Positions 40,548 to 48,901 of a DNA stretch of 64,000 bases are shown here, piece by piece (positions within the stretch are counted from its first letter, which is position 1; the number at the start of each line of letters is the position of its first letter). Under the pieces are notes generated by a model. It ran no database searches. It was not told the origin of the DNA and saw nothing but the letters and a program-made list of their open reading frames with translations. The stretch lies in contig OY762069.1 in assembly GCA_963665095.1 (NCBI GenBank), forward strand, positions 5,056,001 through 5,120,000, given 5' to 3'. This DNA is from an uncultured Desulfobacter sp. Lineage in GTDB: Bacteria; Desulfobacterota; Desulfobacteria; Desulfobacterales; Desulfobacteraceae. The translations under genes and the position numbers were made by a program.

Positions 40548-41974
40548 GTATATATCGAAAAAGTGGAATACAGGTCCGGCTGCTTGTGGCAGCATTAGTC
40601 ATGGTCACCAGTGTCGCCTTTGCCCTGCAGCTTGCCGGACTTAAAATAACCAAAAATTTTATGGAAAAACGGTTTGCCGACCGGATTTCTTTTCTGGCCA
40701 AATATCTGGCGCTGAATGCCGAAGTCGGGGTTTTGATTAATGACCGGGACGGTCTTAGAAGTCTGGCTTTGAATCTTCTCGGGGAAGAAGACGTGGGACG
40801 GGTTACGATCATGGATAATCAGAACACAAAGCTGGTTGATATCGAGAGGGAAGTGCTTTCTCCGGTGTCCTATGTGGAAACCCCTGTTGTGTTTAAAAAA
40901 GCGGGAGGGGAAAATGTCCTTTTCGCAGTTCCGAAACATAATCCATTTGTCAGAACGGACGGACAGGAAAGCACACAAACCATAGGAAAGGTTAAAATTG
41001 TATACTCCACCCATGGCATCAACTCTCTCATGAGTGAGATCATGGTGAAGTTTTTACTTTTGTCCGGACTTCTGGCAATGGTCGGGGGCGGGGTTTTCTT
41101 TTTTATATCACGTCCCATGGTGAGAGAGGTGCGAACACTTGCTGACGGGGCTGAAAAAGTGGGTCAGGGAGATCTTGAATATCGGGCGGCGCTGGGCTCA
41201 TTTCCTGAAACACGGAAGCTGTCGGTTGCGTTTAACAAGATGCTGGATTCCCTGAAACAGAACCGAATCAAGCTTGATGAGGCAAATACCAGAATGGTTC
41301 GGCATCAGGCCCTGGCAGAAGTGGGGAAATTTTCTTTAATGGTGGCCCATGAGTTTAAAAATCCCCTTGGAATTATTAAAAGCTCCTTTGATATGTTAAA
41401 AAAGGATTTTAATGTACCAAAAGAGAATGCCTTTGCTTGGTATATCGAAGATGAGATTCGCCATGTCAATACGCTTGTGGAGGATTTTCTTGCATTTTCA
41501 AGACCCAGCAAAGGGGTTTTTAAGAAAACCGATTTAAACGGAATGGTCAGTGATGTCTGCGCCAGGTTCAGTGTGATGTATAACGACAGTTCTAAGGTGG
41601 TTTTTAGCTACAGCGACATTCCCGGCATTCCGTTTTATGCTGAGGCAGATGAGGCGTTGTTGACAAGAAGTATTACCAATCTATTGAAGAATGCCTTTGA
41701 ATCCGTGGAAGATCAGGGGTCGGTCACGGTCTGCGTTGAGATTATTCCCGAAAACCTGTGGCAGATTAATGTCATGGATTCAGGCCAGGGCATCTCCCCT
41801 GATGATATGGAGCGGATATTTGATCCGTTTTATACAACAAAGACCAAAGGGTCAGGTTTGGGACTGGCTTTCGTGAAACAGGCTGTATTGGCGCACGGGG
41901 GATCGGTTACGGCCGTGAACAGGCGTGAAGGCGGCTCGGTTTTCAGCCTGACGGTTCCCGGGATGAAAGAGTAA
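40544..41974 (+). CDS. Sensor histidine kinase (2 TM, HAMP, HisKA, HATPase)
   Basis: VAHEFKNPL H-box, NLLKNA, DSGQG, FYTTK, GSGLGL. Confidence 0.95.
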   Translation: MSIYRKSGIQVRLLVAALVMVTSVAFALQLAGLKITKNFMEKRFADRISFLAKYLALNAEVGVLINDRDGLRSLALNLLGEEDVGRVTIMDNQNTKLVDIEREVLSPVSYVETPVVFKKAGGENVLFAVPKHNPFVRTDGQESTQTIGKVKIVYSTHGINSLMSEIMVKFLLLSGLLAMVGGGVFFFISRPMVREVRTLADGAEKVGQGDLEYRAALGSFPETRKLSVAFNKMLDSLKQNRIKLDEANTRMVRHQALAEVGKFSLMVAHEFKNPLGIIKSSFDMLKKDFNVPKENAFAWYIEDEIRHVNTLVEDFLAFSRPSKGVFKKTDLNGMVSDVCARFSVMYNDSSKVVFSYSDIPGIPFYAEADEALLTRSITNLLKNAFESVEDQGSVTVCVEIIPENLWQINVMDSGQGISPDDMERIFDPFYTTKTKGSGLGLAFVKQAVLAHGGSVTAVNRREGGSVFSLTVPGMKE

Positions 41975-41986
41975 AAAAGGATAACC

Positions 41987-43333
41987 ATGGATAAAGCAAC
42001 CATACTGATTGCAGACGATGAAGAGCGAATGCGCCATCTTCTCGCGTTGATGCTTGAAAGAAACGGATACCAGGTTGATCAGGCCAAAGACGGGGCAGAT
42101 GCCCTGGAAAGGCTGAAGGAAAATCAGTACGACCTGTTGGTCAGTGATATAAAAATGCCCAACATGGACGGAATGACGCTGCTCAAACGGTTGAGGGAGG
42201 AGGATATTCTGCTGCCGGTGGTTTTTATCACAGCCTTTGCCACAGTGGACGCTTCGGTGGAAGCCATGAAGGCCGGAGCGTCTGATTATATTACCAAGCC
42301 GTTTGAAGAGGAACGAATTATTATGACGGTGGGCCGGTGCCTTGACCTGGGCAGGGTTCTGGCCGAAAACAGGCGGCTTAAAGAGGAAATAAGAAGCATT
42401 TCCTACAAACGAAGTATTATATATGAATCAAGGCAGATGAATGATGTGATGGGGCTTGGTTCACGGGTGGCGCCGACTTCCTCCGCAGTAATGATCACCG
42501 GAGAATCTGGAACTGGAAAAGAGCTGCTGGCCAGATATATCCATGAGAACAGTGAGCGCAAGGACAGCCGGTTTGTTCCATTGAACTGTGCCGCCATCAC
42601 CCCCACCCTGGTTGAATCTGAACTTTTCGGGTATGAAAAAGGCGCGTTTACAGGGGCGGAGTCCCGGAAAAAAGGCAAGTTCGAATATGCCACAAAGGGA
42701 ACCTTGTTTCTGGACGAAATCGGAGATATGCCGTGGGAGGCCCAGGCCAAACTGCTGAGGGCGCTTCAGGAACAGCGGTTTCAACGGGTTGGCGGTAACA
42801 GGGAAATCCCTGTTGATGTAAGGATTATCTGCGCCACAAACCAGAATTTAAAAAAGATGGCCGAGCAGGGGGATTTCAGGAGTGATCTGCTTTACAGGAT
42901 CAATGTATTTCCCATTGAAATGCCGGCGCTTCGGACCCGGCAGGAGGATATTGTTCCCCTTGCAAAACATTTTCTCTCCCTTCAGACCCGGAAAGGGGAT
43001 ATGGAATTGACTCAGGGTGCCTGCGATATGCTGTTGCAGTACCGCTGGCCTGGAAATGTCAGAGAGTTGCAGAATGTAATTGAACGGGCGGTTATTCTGG
43101 CAGGTGATGCCAAAATTATTACATCTGACATACTGTGTTTTCTTGAAGACAGTACGCCCATGCCTGAGGATGAAACCGGGTTTGTCCTGCCGGAAAGCGG
43201 TGTCTCCCTGGAAAGCATCCAGCTGGACCTTGCCAGGCAGGCCCTGGAAAAAACCGGGCATAACCAGACCGCAGCCGCTAAACTTTTAGGGATGACCCGG
43301 GCAAAATTCAGGGTATTGATAAAAAAAACATGA
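41987..43333 (+). CDS. Sigma54-dependent response regulator (NtrC family)
   Basis: Receiver (ADDE, SDIKMP), GESGTGKE, GAFTGA, FLDEIG, WPGNVREL, Fis-type HTH. Confidence 0.95.
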   Translation: MDKATILIADDEERMRHLLALMLERNGYQVDQAKDGADALERLKENQYDLLVSDIKMPNMDGMTLLKRLREEDILLPVVFITAFATVDASVEAMKAGASDYITKPFEEERIIMTVGRCLDLGRVLAENRRLKEEIRSISYKRSIIYESRQMNDVMGLGSRVAPTSSAVMITGESGTGKELLARYIHENSERKDSRFVPLNCAAITPTLVESELFGYEKGAFTGAESRKKGKFEYATKGTLFLDEIGDMPWEAQAKLLRALQEQRFQRVGGNREIPVDVRIICATNQNLKKMAEQGDFRSDLLYRINVFPIEMPALRTRQEDIVPLAKHFLSLQTRKGDMELTQGACDMLLQYRWPGNVRELQNVIERAVILAGDAKIITSDILCFLEDSTPMPEDETGFVLPESGVSLESIQLDLARQALEKTGHNQTAAAKLLGMTRAKFRVLIKKT

Positions 43334-43410
43334 CCGCCGGGTGTGGGGCCGGGGAATTCAGGTTAAGCGTCTGATGGGCCCTGAACAATGAGTGGGAACA
43401 TGCAACTGCA

Positions 43411-45519
43411 ATGAAGAATAAAAGGAAACAAACAATCTGGAAGATGATGAAGCAGTTCCGGCTGGTAAAGACCGGCGTGCAGTCGTTTTATTTTGTCGCC
43501 TTTTTATTGTTTGGCTGGCTGGGCTGTTGCACTGTTTTTCAGCCGGCAAATATCTGCCGGGCCGAGGATAATACAGACCTCATGTTTGTGGGCGAGGCGC
43601 TTGACGTTATTACCACTGCCTCAGGGCGGGAGGAAGGCGCGTGGAAAGCGCCTGTTATCGCAGATGTGATTTCCCTTGAGCTGATGGAACAAAGCTGTGC
43701 ATCCGATCTGGCCGATCTGCTGGAATCGGAACCTGGTTTTTTTATATCTCCCAGCGAAGCGGGATACAGCGTTGAGTTAAGGGGGATTCCTGACTCTGTT
43801 TTGTTTTTATACGATTCTGTGCCCACCGGTGCCGGACTGAATAAAACATTTAACAGTATTAATCCCTACCTCTCTTTGGAATCCATTAAACGAATTGAGA
43901 TCGTTAAAGGTCCGGGATCTGTTTTGTGGGGACCGGACGCCTTTGCAGGGATTGTGAATATTGTACCGCTGACCGGAAAAGATTTTCAGGGTGTTGAAAC
44001 AGGACTTCGCTGGGGATCCTCCCAAATAGAAGAAAGCGCCTATGTCCGCTGGGGCGGGAAAAAGGGAGACAGAAACTGGTTTTTGGCTTTGAACGGCGGG
44101 CGGGGACAAAAGGACGACAGGGATGAGTACAATGTTGTCCGTTTCTGGGGAACAGACAACGCTTCGGATCCTGTAAGTCCTGAATCGCGATATGGAAACG
44201 GTACGGTAGATAATCCGGAATTTCTGGAACTGGTTGGAAACTCAGGCGTTGGGGATTTGTTTAAGCTCAGCACCAGTTTTTCCTTTTATAATATGCCCTA
44301 TACCCGGTCCACCGAAGACGATGCCTGGGTATGGAAGGAAGAAAATACGGCATTTTCTGGGTTTATAAAGCTTGAAGGCAGCAAAAAATATAATTTCAGT
44401 TCAGGGTTCAGGTGGACGGCGTATATGTCCTGGTTCAACACCTCTACGGAAATTGTGGACCTGGACCTTGACAGCCGGGACCGGGTTCTGTTTGGTGAAC
44501 TGGTGCATGAAAAAACAGTATGGCGCGGCAATGGCCTTCTGACAACCGGGCTGTCCATCCGGCATGAGGATGTGGAAGATCTGCCGGTGTGGAACCACTA
44601 TTATCCGGATTATTTCTCAAGTGACAACACCTCCTTCCTTCCCTCCTGGGATGCATATGATTATTCAATTTTAACCACATCGGTTTTCAGCCAGTACCAG
44701 CATACCATAAAGCAGATGGATTTCTGGGCCGGAGTCAGAGGGGATGACCATGAAGCCTCCGGCAGCAATATCTCATATAATATCGGGGGGGCATGGAATC
44801 CATCTGATCAGTGGGGTATTAAGACCTTGTACGGGAATGCATACCGGACACCTGTGGCAAAACAGCTCCAGGAGGGAAAAACAGATATGGAAAATATAGA
44901 AACCCTGTCCGTTCAGACCGAGTGGAAGCCGGATAAAAAATTTTCCTTGGGTATCACCGGGTTTGTCAGTGATATGAGTGACGGGTATGTGGAAGACCCC
45001 GCCTTAGGGCTTTCAGAACCTGTAAACAGAAGATTTTATGGTACAGAGTTGAAAATCCGGTATTCACCGCTCCTGGATCTTGTGCTTAAATCCGGTCTCT
45101 CCTGGGTTAAAAGCACTGGTGAAGATATCCATTTCAGATACCATGATTACTCTTACTGGCAGGACGGGGAAATTGTTGACCATTACAAGGATATTTATGA
45201 ACCCTATGATGGCGGACCTGAGCTGCAGTTCAATACAGAAGTATCATATCAGATAAATGAAGATATTAGCATCAGGGCGGAGTGCCGGTATATTTCGGAA
45301 CGAACGGCCAGATATCTGGTGGAGGAGACTATTCACACCTATGAGGATGTCTGGCTGCTGGATGTCGGTTTAAAAATAGCCAATTTGCCGGTATGTCACC
45401 TGGATGCAGACATATCTTTTAAAAATGTTTTTAATACACAGTATTGGCAGCCAGGGATCTATGGACCTGTAAAGGGAGACGGATTCAGTGTGGAAATCGG
45501 AATCGGAAAACGGTTCTAG
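43411..45519 (+). CDS. TonB-dependent receptor-like outer-membrane protein
   Basis: Plug motifs (ITTASG, RIEIVKGPGSVLWGPDAFAGIVNI), amphipathic beta strands, KNVFN, C-terminal Phe. True start may be downstream. Confidence 0.85.
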   Translation: MKNKRKQTIWKMMKQFRLVKTGVQSFYFVAFLLFGWLGCCTVFQPANICRAEDNTDLMFVGEALDVITTASGREEGAWKAPVIADVISLELMEQSCASDLADLLESEPGFFISPSEAGYSVELRGIPDSVLFLYDSVPTGAGLNKTFNSINPYLSLESIKRIEIVKGPGSVLWGPDAFAGIVNIVPLTGKDFQGVETGLRWGSSQIEESAYVRWGGKKGDRNWFLALNGGRGQKDDRDEYNVVRFWGTDNASDPVSPESRYGNGTVDNPEFLELVGNSGVGDLFKLSTSFSFYNMPYTRSTEDDAWVWKEENTAFSGFIKLEGSKKYNFSSGFRWTAYMSWFNTSTEIVDLDLDSRDRVLFGELVHEKTVWRGNGLLTTGLSIRHEDVEDLPVWNHYYPDYFSSDNTSFLPSWDAYDYSILTTSVFSQYQHTIKQMDFWAGVRGDDHEASGSNISYNIGGAWNPSDQWGIKTLYGNAYRTPVAKQLQEGKTDMENIETLSVQTEWKPDKKFSLGITGFVSDMSDGYVEDPALGLSEPVNRRFYGTELKIRYSPLLDLVLKSGLSWVKSTGEDIHFRYHDYSYWQDGEIVDHYKDIYEPYDGGPELQFNTEVSYQINEDISIRAECRYISERTARYLVEETIHTYEDVWLLDVGLKIANLPVCHLDADISFKNVFNTQYWQPGIYGPVKGDGFSVEIGIGKRF

Positions 45520-45526
45520 TCCGGGT

Positions 45527-45562
45527 GGTGGTTAAAAATAACCGCCGTGGTTTGTTATAGCC
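45527..45562. promoter_or_regulatory. Tandem palindromic candidate upstream activator sites (GGTT-N6-AACC)
   Basis: GTGGTT-AAAAAT-AACCGC (45528-45545) and GTGGTT-TGTTAT-AGCC (45547-45562), 19 bp apart. The first could alternatively be a terminator hairpin. Confidence 0.5.
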
Positions 45563-45631
45563 TTTATCTCAGACATACCTTTGAGTGAAATTTCTAAAAT
45601 AGTTTTCTGGGAAACAAAAATAACGTTTAAT

Positions 45632-45644
45632 TTTCAATCTATTA
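45632..45644 (+). promoter_or_regulatory. Candidate IHF site
   Basis: TTTCAATCTATTA vs WATCAANNNNTTR (1 mismatch), in AT-rich DNA between the UAS and -24/-12. Confidence 0.4.
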
Positions 45645-45682
45645 GAAATTATTTTGTTGTGTGTTGTAAAAATGGAGAATAT

Positions 45683-45698
45683 GGGTATGGTGTTTGCA
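45683..45698 (+). promoter_or_regulatory. Candidate sigma54 (-24/-12) promoter
   Basis: GGGTATGGTGTTTGCA: GG(45684-5)-N10-GC(45696-7), TTTGCA at -12. Confidence 0.6.
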
Positions 45699-45711
45699 TT
45701 GAGTGTTTCCT

Positions 45712-46812
45712 ATGATTAAACTGTGTATAAAAATAGCTTTGATTGCGCTGGCAGGTATCTTTTCGGTTTGGCCCGGTGTCTGTCCTGCGGTTGAGCTCAG
45801 CGTGGTTGAATATAAACTGCTTGAGCAGATCAATCAGAACCGGGAAACGGAATTGATTGTCAACTCAAAGCTGACCCAGGTTGCTCAAAGCCGTGCTGAA
45901 CAGTTTTACGAGGATGAGTTCGGTTCAGGGTCACAGGAAAATCAGGCGGTGACCATACAGGATGCCGGATACTTCGCTATAAGAACAGGTTTAAGTAACG
46001 GGCTTATTTTGTTTTCCAATTACATCTCCAGCGATAACGCAGCCGGTCTGCTGTATGAATCCCTGGTCAGAGAAGCAGAGTATGACGGGGAAGACTCCAA
46101 CCTTTTTTCCGAAAAAATTCTGGAAGCCGGGCTCTGTGTGTATGAAACCCAGGTGGCGATAAGCAGTATGCGGTTTAATGTATATATCGGCTCCCTGGTC
46201 TGGGCACAGCCGGTCATTGCGGAGAACTCTGATGCAGCCATCATTAAGGCCCAGGTGGAAAATCTCATTGACCAGCAGCGCAGTCTGCTGTCCCAAGGCC
46301 CCTTGTTCCAAACCGACATGTCAGAAGAGAGTGACGTGATCCAGGTGGCCTGTATCCTGAATGGTGAGGATGCCAATGCTTATTCAGAACAGATTTTCAG
46401 TCTTTTACAGGAAAATGAAAGGTTGTTTGAATCCAGTATTAATGCCATGGATCTCGCTGTGGATATCTGTCTGGTCCAGGCGGATACGGGGTATAAGCTG
46501 GAGGGGCGCGCAACCATCCGGTTGGCGGAAACAGATATAACAGAAAATTGGATCAAGGGCCTGGTCTATTCGGATACCAATTCAAATGGCATATACGACC
46601 CGGGAGAAGGGGTTGCAAATATCCCGATGGTGGTATATGATGCCGGCATTCATTCAAAAACCGGCATGGCAGGTAAAATCTTAGAGGCTGTAAGCACTGC
46701 CGGAAAAGGGTATCAGCTGGTTCTATTTCCCAGGGGATCAGGAACAATGATATATGAGGCAAATCAATCCAATATCGAATTTAATATCATTAATATTAAT
46801 AATATGTATTAA
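45712..46812 (+). CDS. Secreted protein with degenerate CAP/SCP-like domain and C-terminal SdrD-B-like Ca-binding motif
   Basis: Signal peptide; LLEQINQNR..L..VAQSRA..AGY; KGLVYSDTNSNGIYDPGEG. Confidence 0.55.
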   Translation: MIKLCIKIALIALAGIFSVWPGVCPAVELSVVEYKLLEQINQNRETELIVNSKLTQVAQSRAEQFYEDEFGSGSQENQAVTIQDAGYFAIRTGLSNGLILFSNYISSDNAAGLLYESLVREAEYDGEDSNLFSEKILEAGLCVYETQVAISSMRFNVYIGSLVWAQPVIAENSDAAIIKAQVENLIDQQRSLLSQGPLFQTDMSEESDVIQVACILNGEDANAYSEQIFSLLQENERLFESSINAMDLAVDICLVQADTGYKLEGRATIRLAETDITENWIKGLVYSDTNSNGIYDPGEGVANIPMVVYDAGIHSKTGMAGKILEAVSTAGKGYQLVLFPRGSGTMIYEANQSNIEFNIININNMY

Positions 46813-46833
46813 ATCTTCACTTTAGATATTTCT

Positions 46834-46845
46834 AAAGGAGGTGAT
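46834..46845 (+). promoter_or_regulatory. Orphan extended Shine-Dalgarno (STAB-SD-like) element
   Basis: AAAGGAGGTGAT, complementary to the 16S 3' end, ~90 nt upstream of the ATG with no start codon at RBS spacing. The real RBS is TAGGAG near 46921. Confidence 0.55.
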
Positions 46846-46933
46846 TACCGGAGTTTAAACTGAATCACGTAAGCTTTTTGGGAATGCAGTAAAAAAACAA
46901 ATCGTCAACAAAAACAATTTTAGGAGAAAAACG

Positions 46934-48754
46934 ATGAGAAGAATTTTTGTAGTGGCGGTAGCTCTGATGAGTGTAGCTCTTTTTGCTAATTCATCTTATG
47001 CTATCAACAAGGTTCAGATGACCTTGACCTCACCTACTATCTACAAATCTGGTTGCGAGAAAGCCGGTTCTACAACCTATGAATTTGACGCCGGTTCAGT
47101 TATCAATGCAGGCGACTGGTGGTACATGGATCTGCCTGAAAACATTACCCTTTGCAAAAATTATGATTTCGTAATTGCTGCAGCAGGTACTGCTAGCCCT
47201 GATGTTACCATCAATGCTGCATTATTGCCTTATCAGAATGTTGTTTTTAATAACGCAGCCGGAATTACCGCTGGCGGACTTAGCTCTCTTGTTCCGACTA
47301 CTGGTCCTGTCACAATCGGTGGGGATACAGCCGCTGCGGCTACGATTGTCAATAATTTTGCTTTTCTGGTAAAGGGAACTATCGGACAGAGAAGAATCAC
47401 CATTTACGCGTTGACAGACACTGCTGTGGCCGATACTCCTTCGATTACAGTTACCGCGGATACAACCCTGCAGATTAAATTGTTCGACGGCCAGGCATGG
47501 AGCTTGACTGACGGTACTCTGGCTGCTACTGACAACCGTATTCTGACCGATGCTGACGGTGACGGCACATACGGTGAAATCGGAGCCCTTGTGGCACTGG
47601 CAGGCAACGAAGTAATCGGAAATGTAAACACCGCTGATGTTACCCTAGGTGCCCCCTATGTTGAGAACACTCTGTGTATCAACGCAGAAGCAATGTCAGG
47701 ACAGTATGTATATACTTCCTATGCTTCCAAGCTTGACAAGTTCACCTTCTCCGGTGACTCCCAGATTGCTCATACTGCAACTGCCGGTTCCATTGCCCTT
47801 GCTTCCTGCAAAGACAGTGACCAGTTTGACATTGAAGTGGATTCTGCTCAGGGCGCAACCCAGTGCTGGTTTGACTATGAAGCAACCACTTCAGGTACCA
47901 ATGGTAACTACTGCAATACCGGATGGCCTTCAGTTGAAGAGCAGAGATTCCTGATCGAAGCAACTTCTGGGGCTTTCGGGGACATCGGCGACAAATACAC
48001 CATCACTGCTGAGATTACTTCTCCCAGCAACGGTGTTTACTTTGGCGGCGTTCCTGCTGTTACCCTGATCAAGAGCACACAAGACGAATGTAATGTGGCT
48101 GGTTCTGCTCCCACTACTGCTCCTGTATGGGTAGGAACTGATGATTCCGGTGATACCGTCACAGCCTATAACGGTGGTGATTGCTCAGTGGATGATAACG
48201 AAATGGCAGTGAAGCTGACCCAGACCGGTACTTCCGCTATTACTCTTGACGGTTATGATACCATTTATGTCAACTTTGCAGACTTTGTTTTCATGAATAC
48301 TGCTGTTGACGTTGGGGAAGAAGTAACTGTAGAGCTCACTCTGAACAGATATCCCTGCGGCGAAATTTTCTCTGATTCCAGAACAATCGGTACCTTTGTT
48401 GCCGAGTGTGGCACTGTTGCCGGTACCATGACTATCCGGTTCCCGTGGCTGCCTGGTTCAGATGCTGCCGGATGGTGGGGTGGTTTCGTTATCGCCAACT
48501 TCGGCGCTTCCGAAGGTACTGCTACTCTGACTTACAGGGATTCTGCAGGTGCAACTGCTACCTACACAACAGATGCGATTGCTGCCGGCAGCCAGTGGGT
48601 TTCCACTGCCATCACTGAGGCTGATCTGACCGACGTTGACGGTTATGATGCAGCCCTGAACTTCAGTGTTCAAGCTGTATGCGGTTTTACTGCAAGAGGC
48701 TTTGCCTTTACCGGAAACGGTGAAGAGGGTACTGGCTACGTTGTTAGCGATTAA
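46934..48754 (+). CDS. Putative surface-layer / major secreted envelope protein
   Basis: Sec signal (SSYA|), acidic and T/A/G/V-rich beta-strand sequence with several Cys. Codon usage is strongly biased (GCT/ACT/GGT/GTT/AAC/TTC); strong RBS; double hairpin downstream. Confidence 0.65.
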   Translation: MRRIFVVAVALMSVALFANSSYAINKVQMTLTSPTIYKSGCEKAGSTTYEFDAGSVINAGDWWYMDLPENITLCKNYDFVIAAAGTASPDVTINAALLPYQNVVFNNAAGITAGGLSSLVPTTGPVTIGGDTAAAATIVNNFAFLVKGTIGQRRITIYALTDTAVADTPSITVTADTTLQIKLFDGQAWSLTDGTLAATDNRILTDADGDGTYGEIGALVALAGNEVIGNVNTADVTLGAPYVENTLCINAEAMSGQYVYTSYASKLDKFTFSGDSQIAHTATAGSIALASCKDSDQFDIEVDSAQGATQCWFDYEATTSGTNGNYCNTGWPSVEEQRFLIEATSGAFGDIGDKYTITAEITSPSNGVYFGGVPAVTLIKSTQDECNVAGSAPTTAPVWVGTDDSGDTVTAYNGGDCSVDDNEMAVKLTQTGTSAITLDGYDTIYVNFADFVFMNTAVDVGEEVTVELTLNRYPCGEIFSDSRTIGTFVAECGTVAGTMTIRFPWLPGSDAAGWWGGFVIANFGASEGTATLTYRDSAGATATYTTDAIAAGSQWVSTAITEADLTDVDGYDAALNFSVQAVCGFTARGFAFTGNGEEGTGYVVSD

Positions 48755-48780
48755 TCATTACGATTAACAAAATGTACAGC

Positions 48781-48808
48781 GGCGTCCGTTCCTTAAGGAG
48801 CGGACGCC
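48781..48808 (+). terminator. GC-rich stem-loop after the putative S-layer gene
   Basis: GGCGTCCGTTCC-TTAA-GGAGCGGACGCC, 12-bp stem. Confidence 0.7.
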
Positions 48809-48842
48809 TTCCCAAAACTTGATTCAGTTTAACTTACATATT

Positions 48843-48872
48843 AAAGGGGAAGGGGTAACCTTCCCCTTTTTT
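48843..48872 (+). terminator. Intrinsic terminator
   Basis: AAAGGGGAAGG-GGTAA-CCTTCCCCTTTTTT. Confidence 0.85.
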
Positions 48873-48901
48873 ATTGCCTGTATTAAATTCGGAGTTCACT
48901 A

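Noticed and set aside
48600..48754. PEP-CTERM/exosortase or autotransporter-type C-terminal signal on the major secreted protein
   Set aside because: No PEP motif, TM helix, basic tail or terminal aromatic beta-signal; no exosortase in the window.
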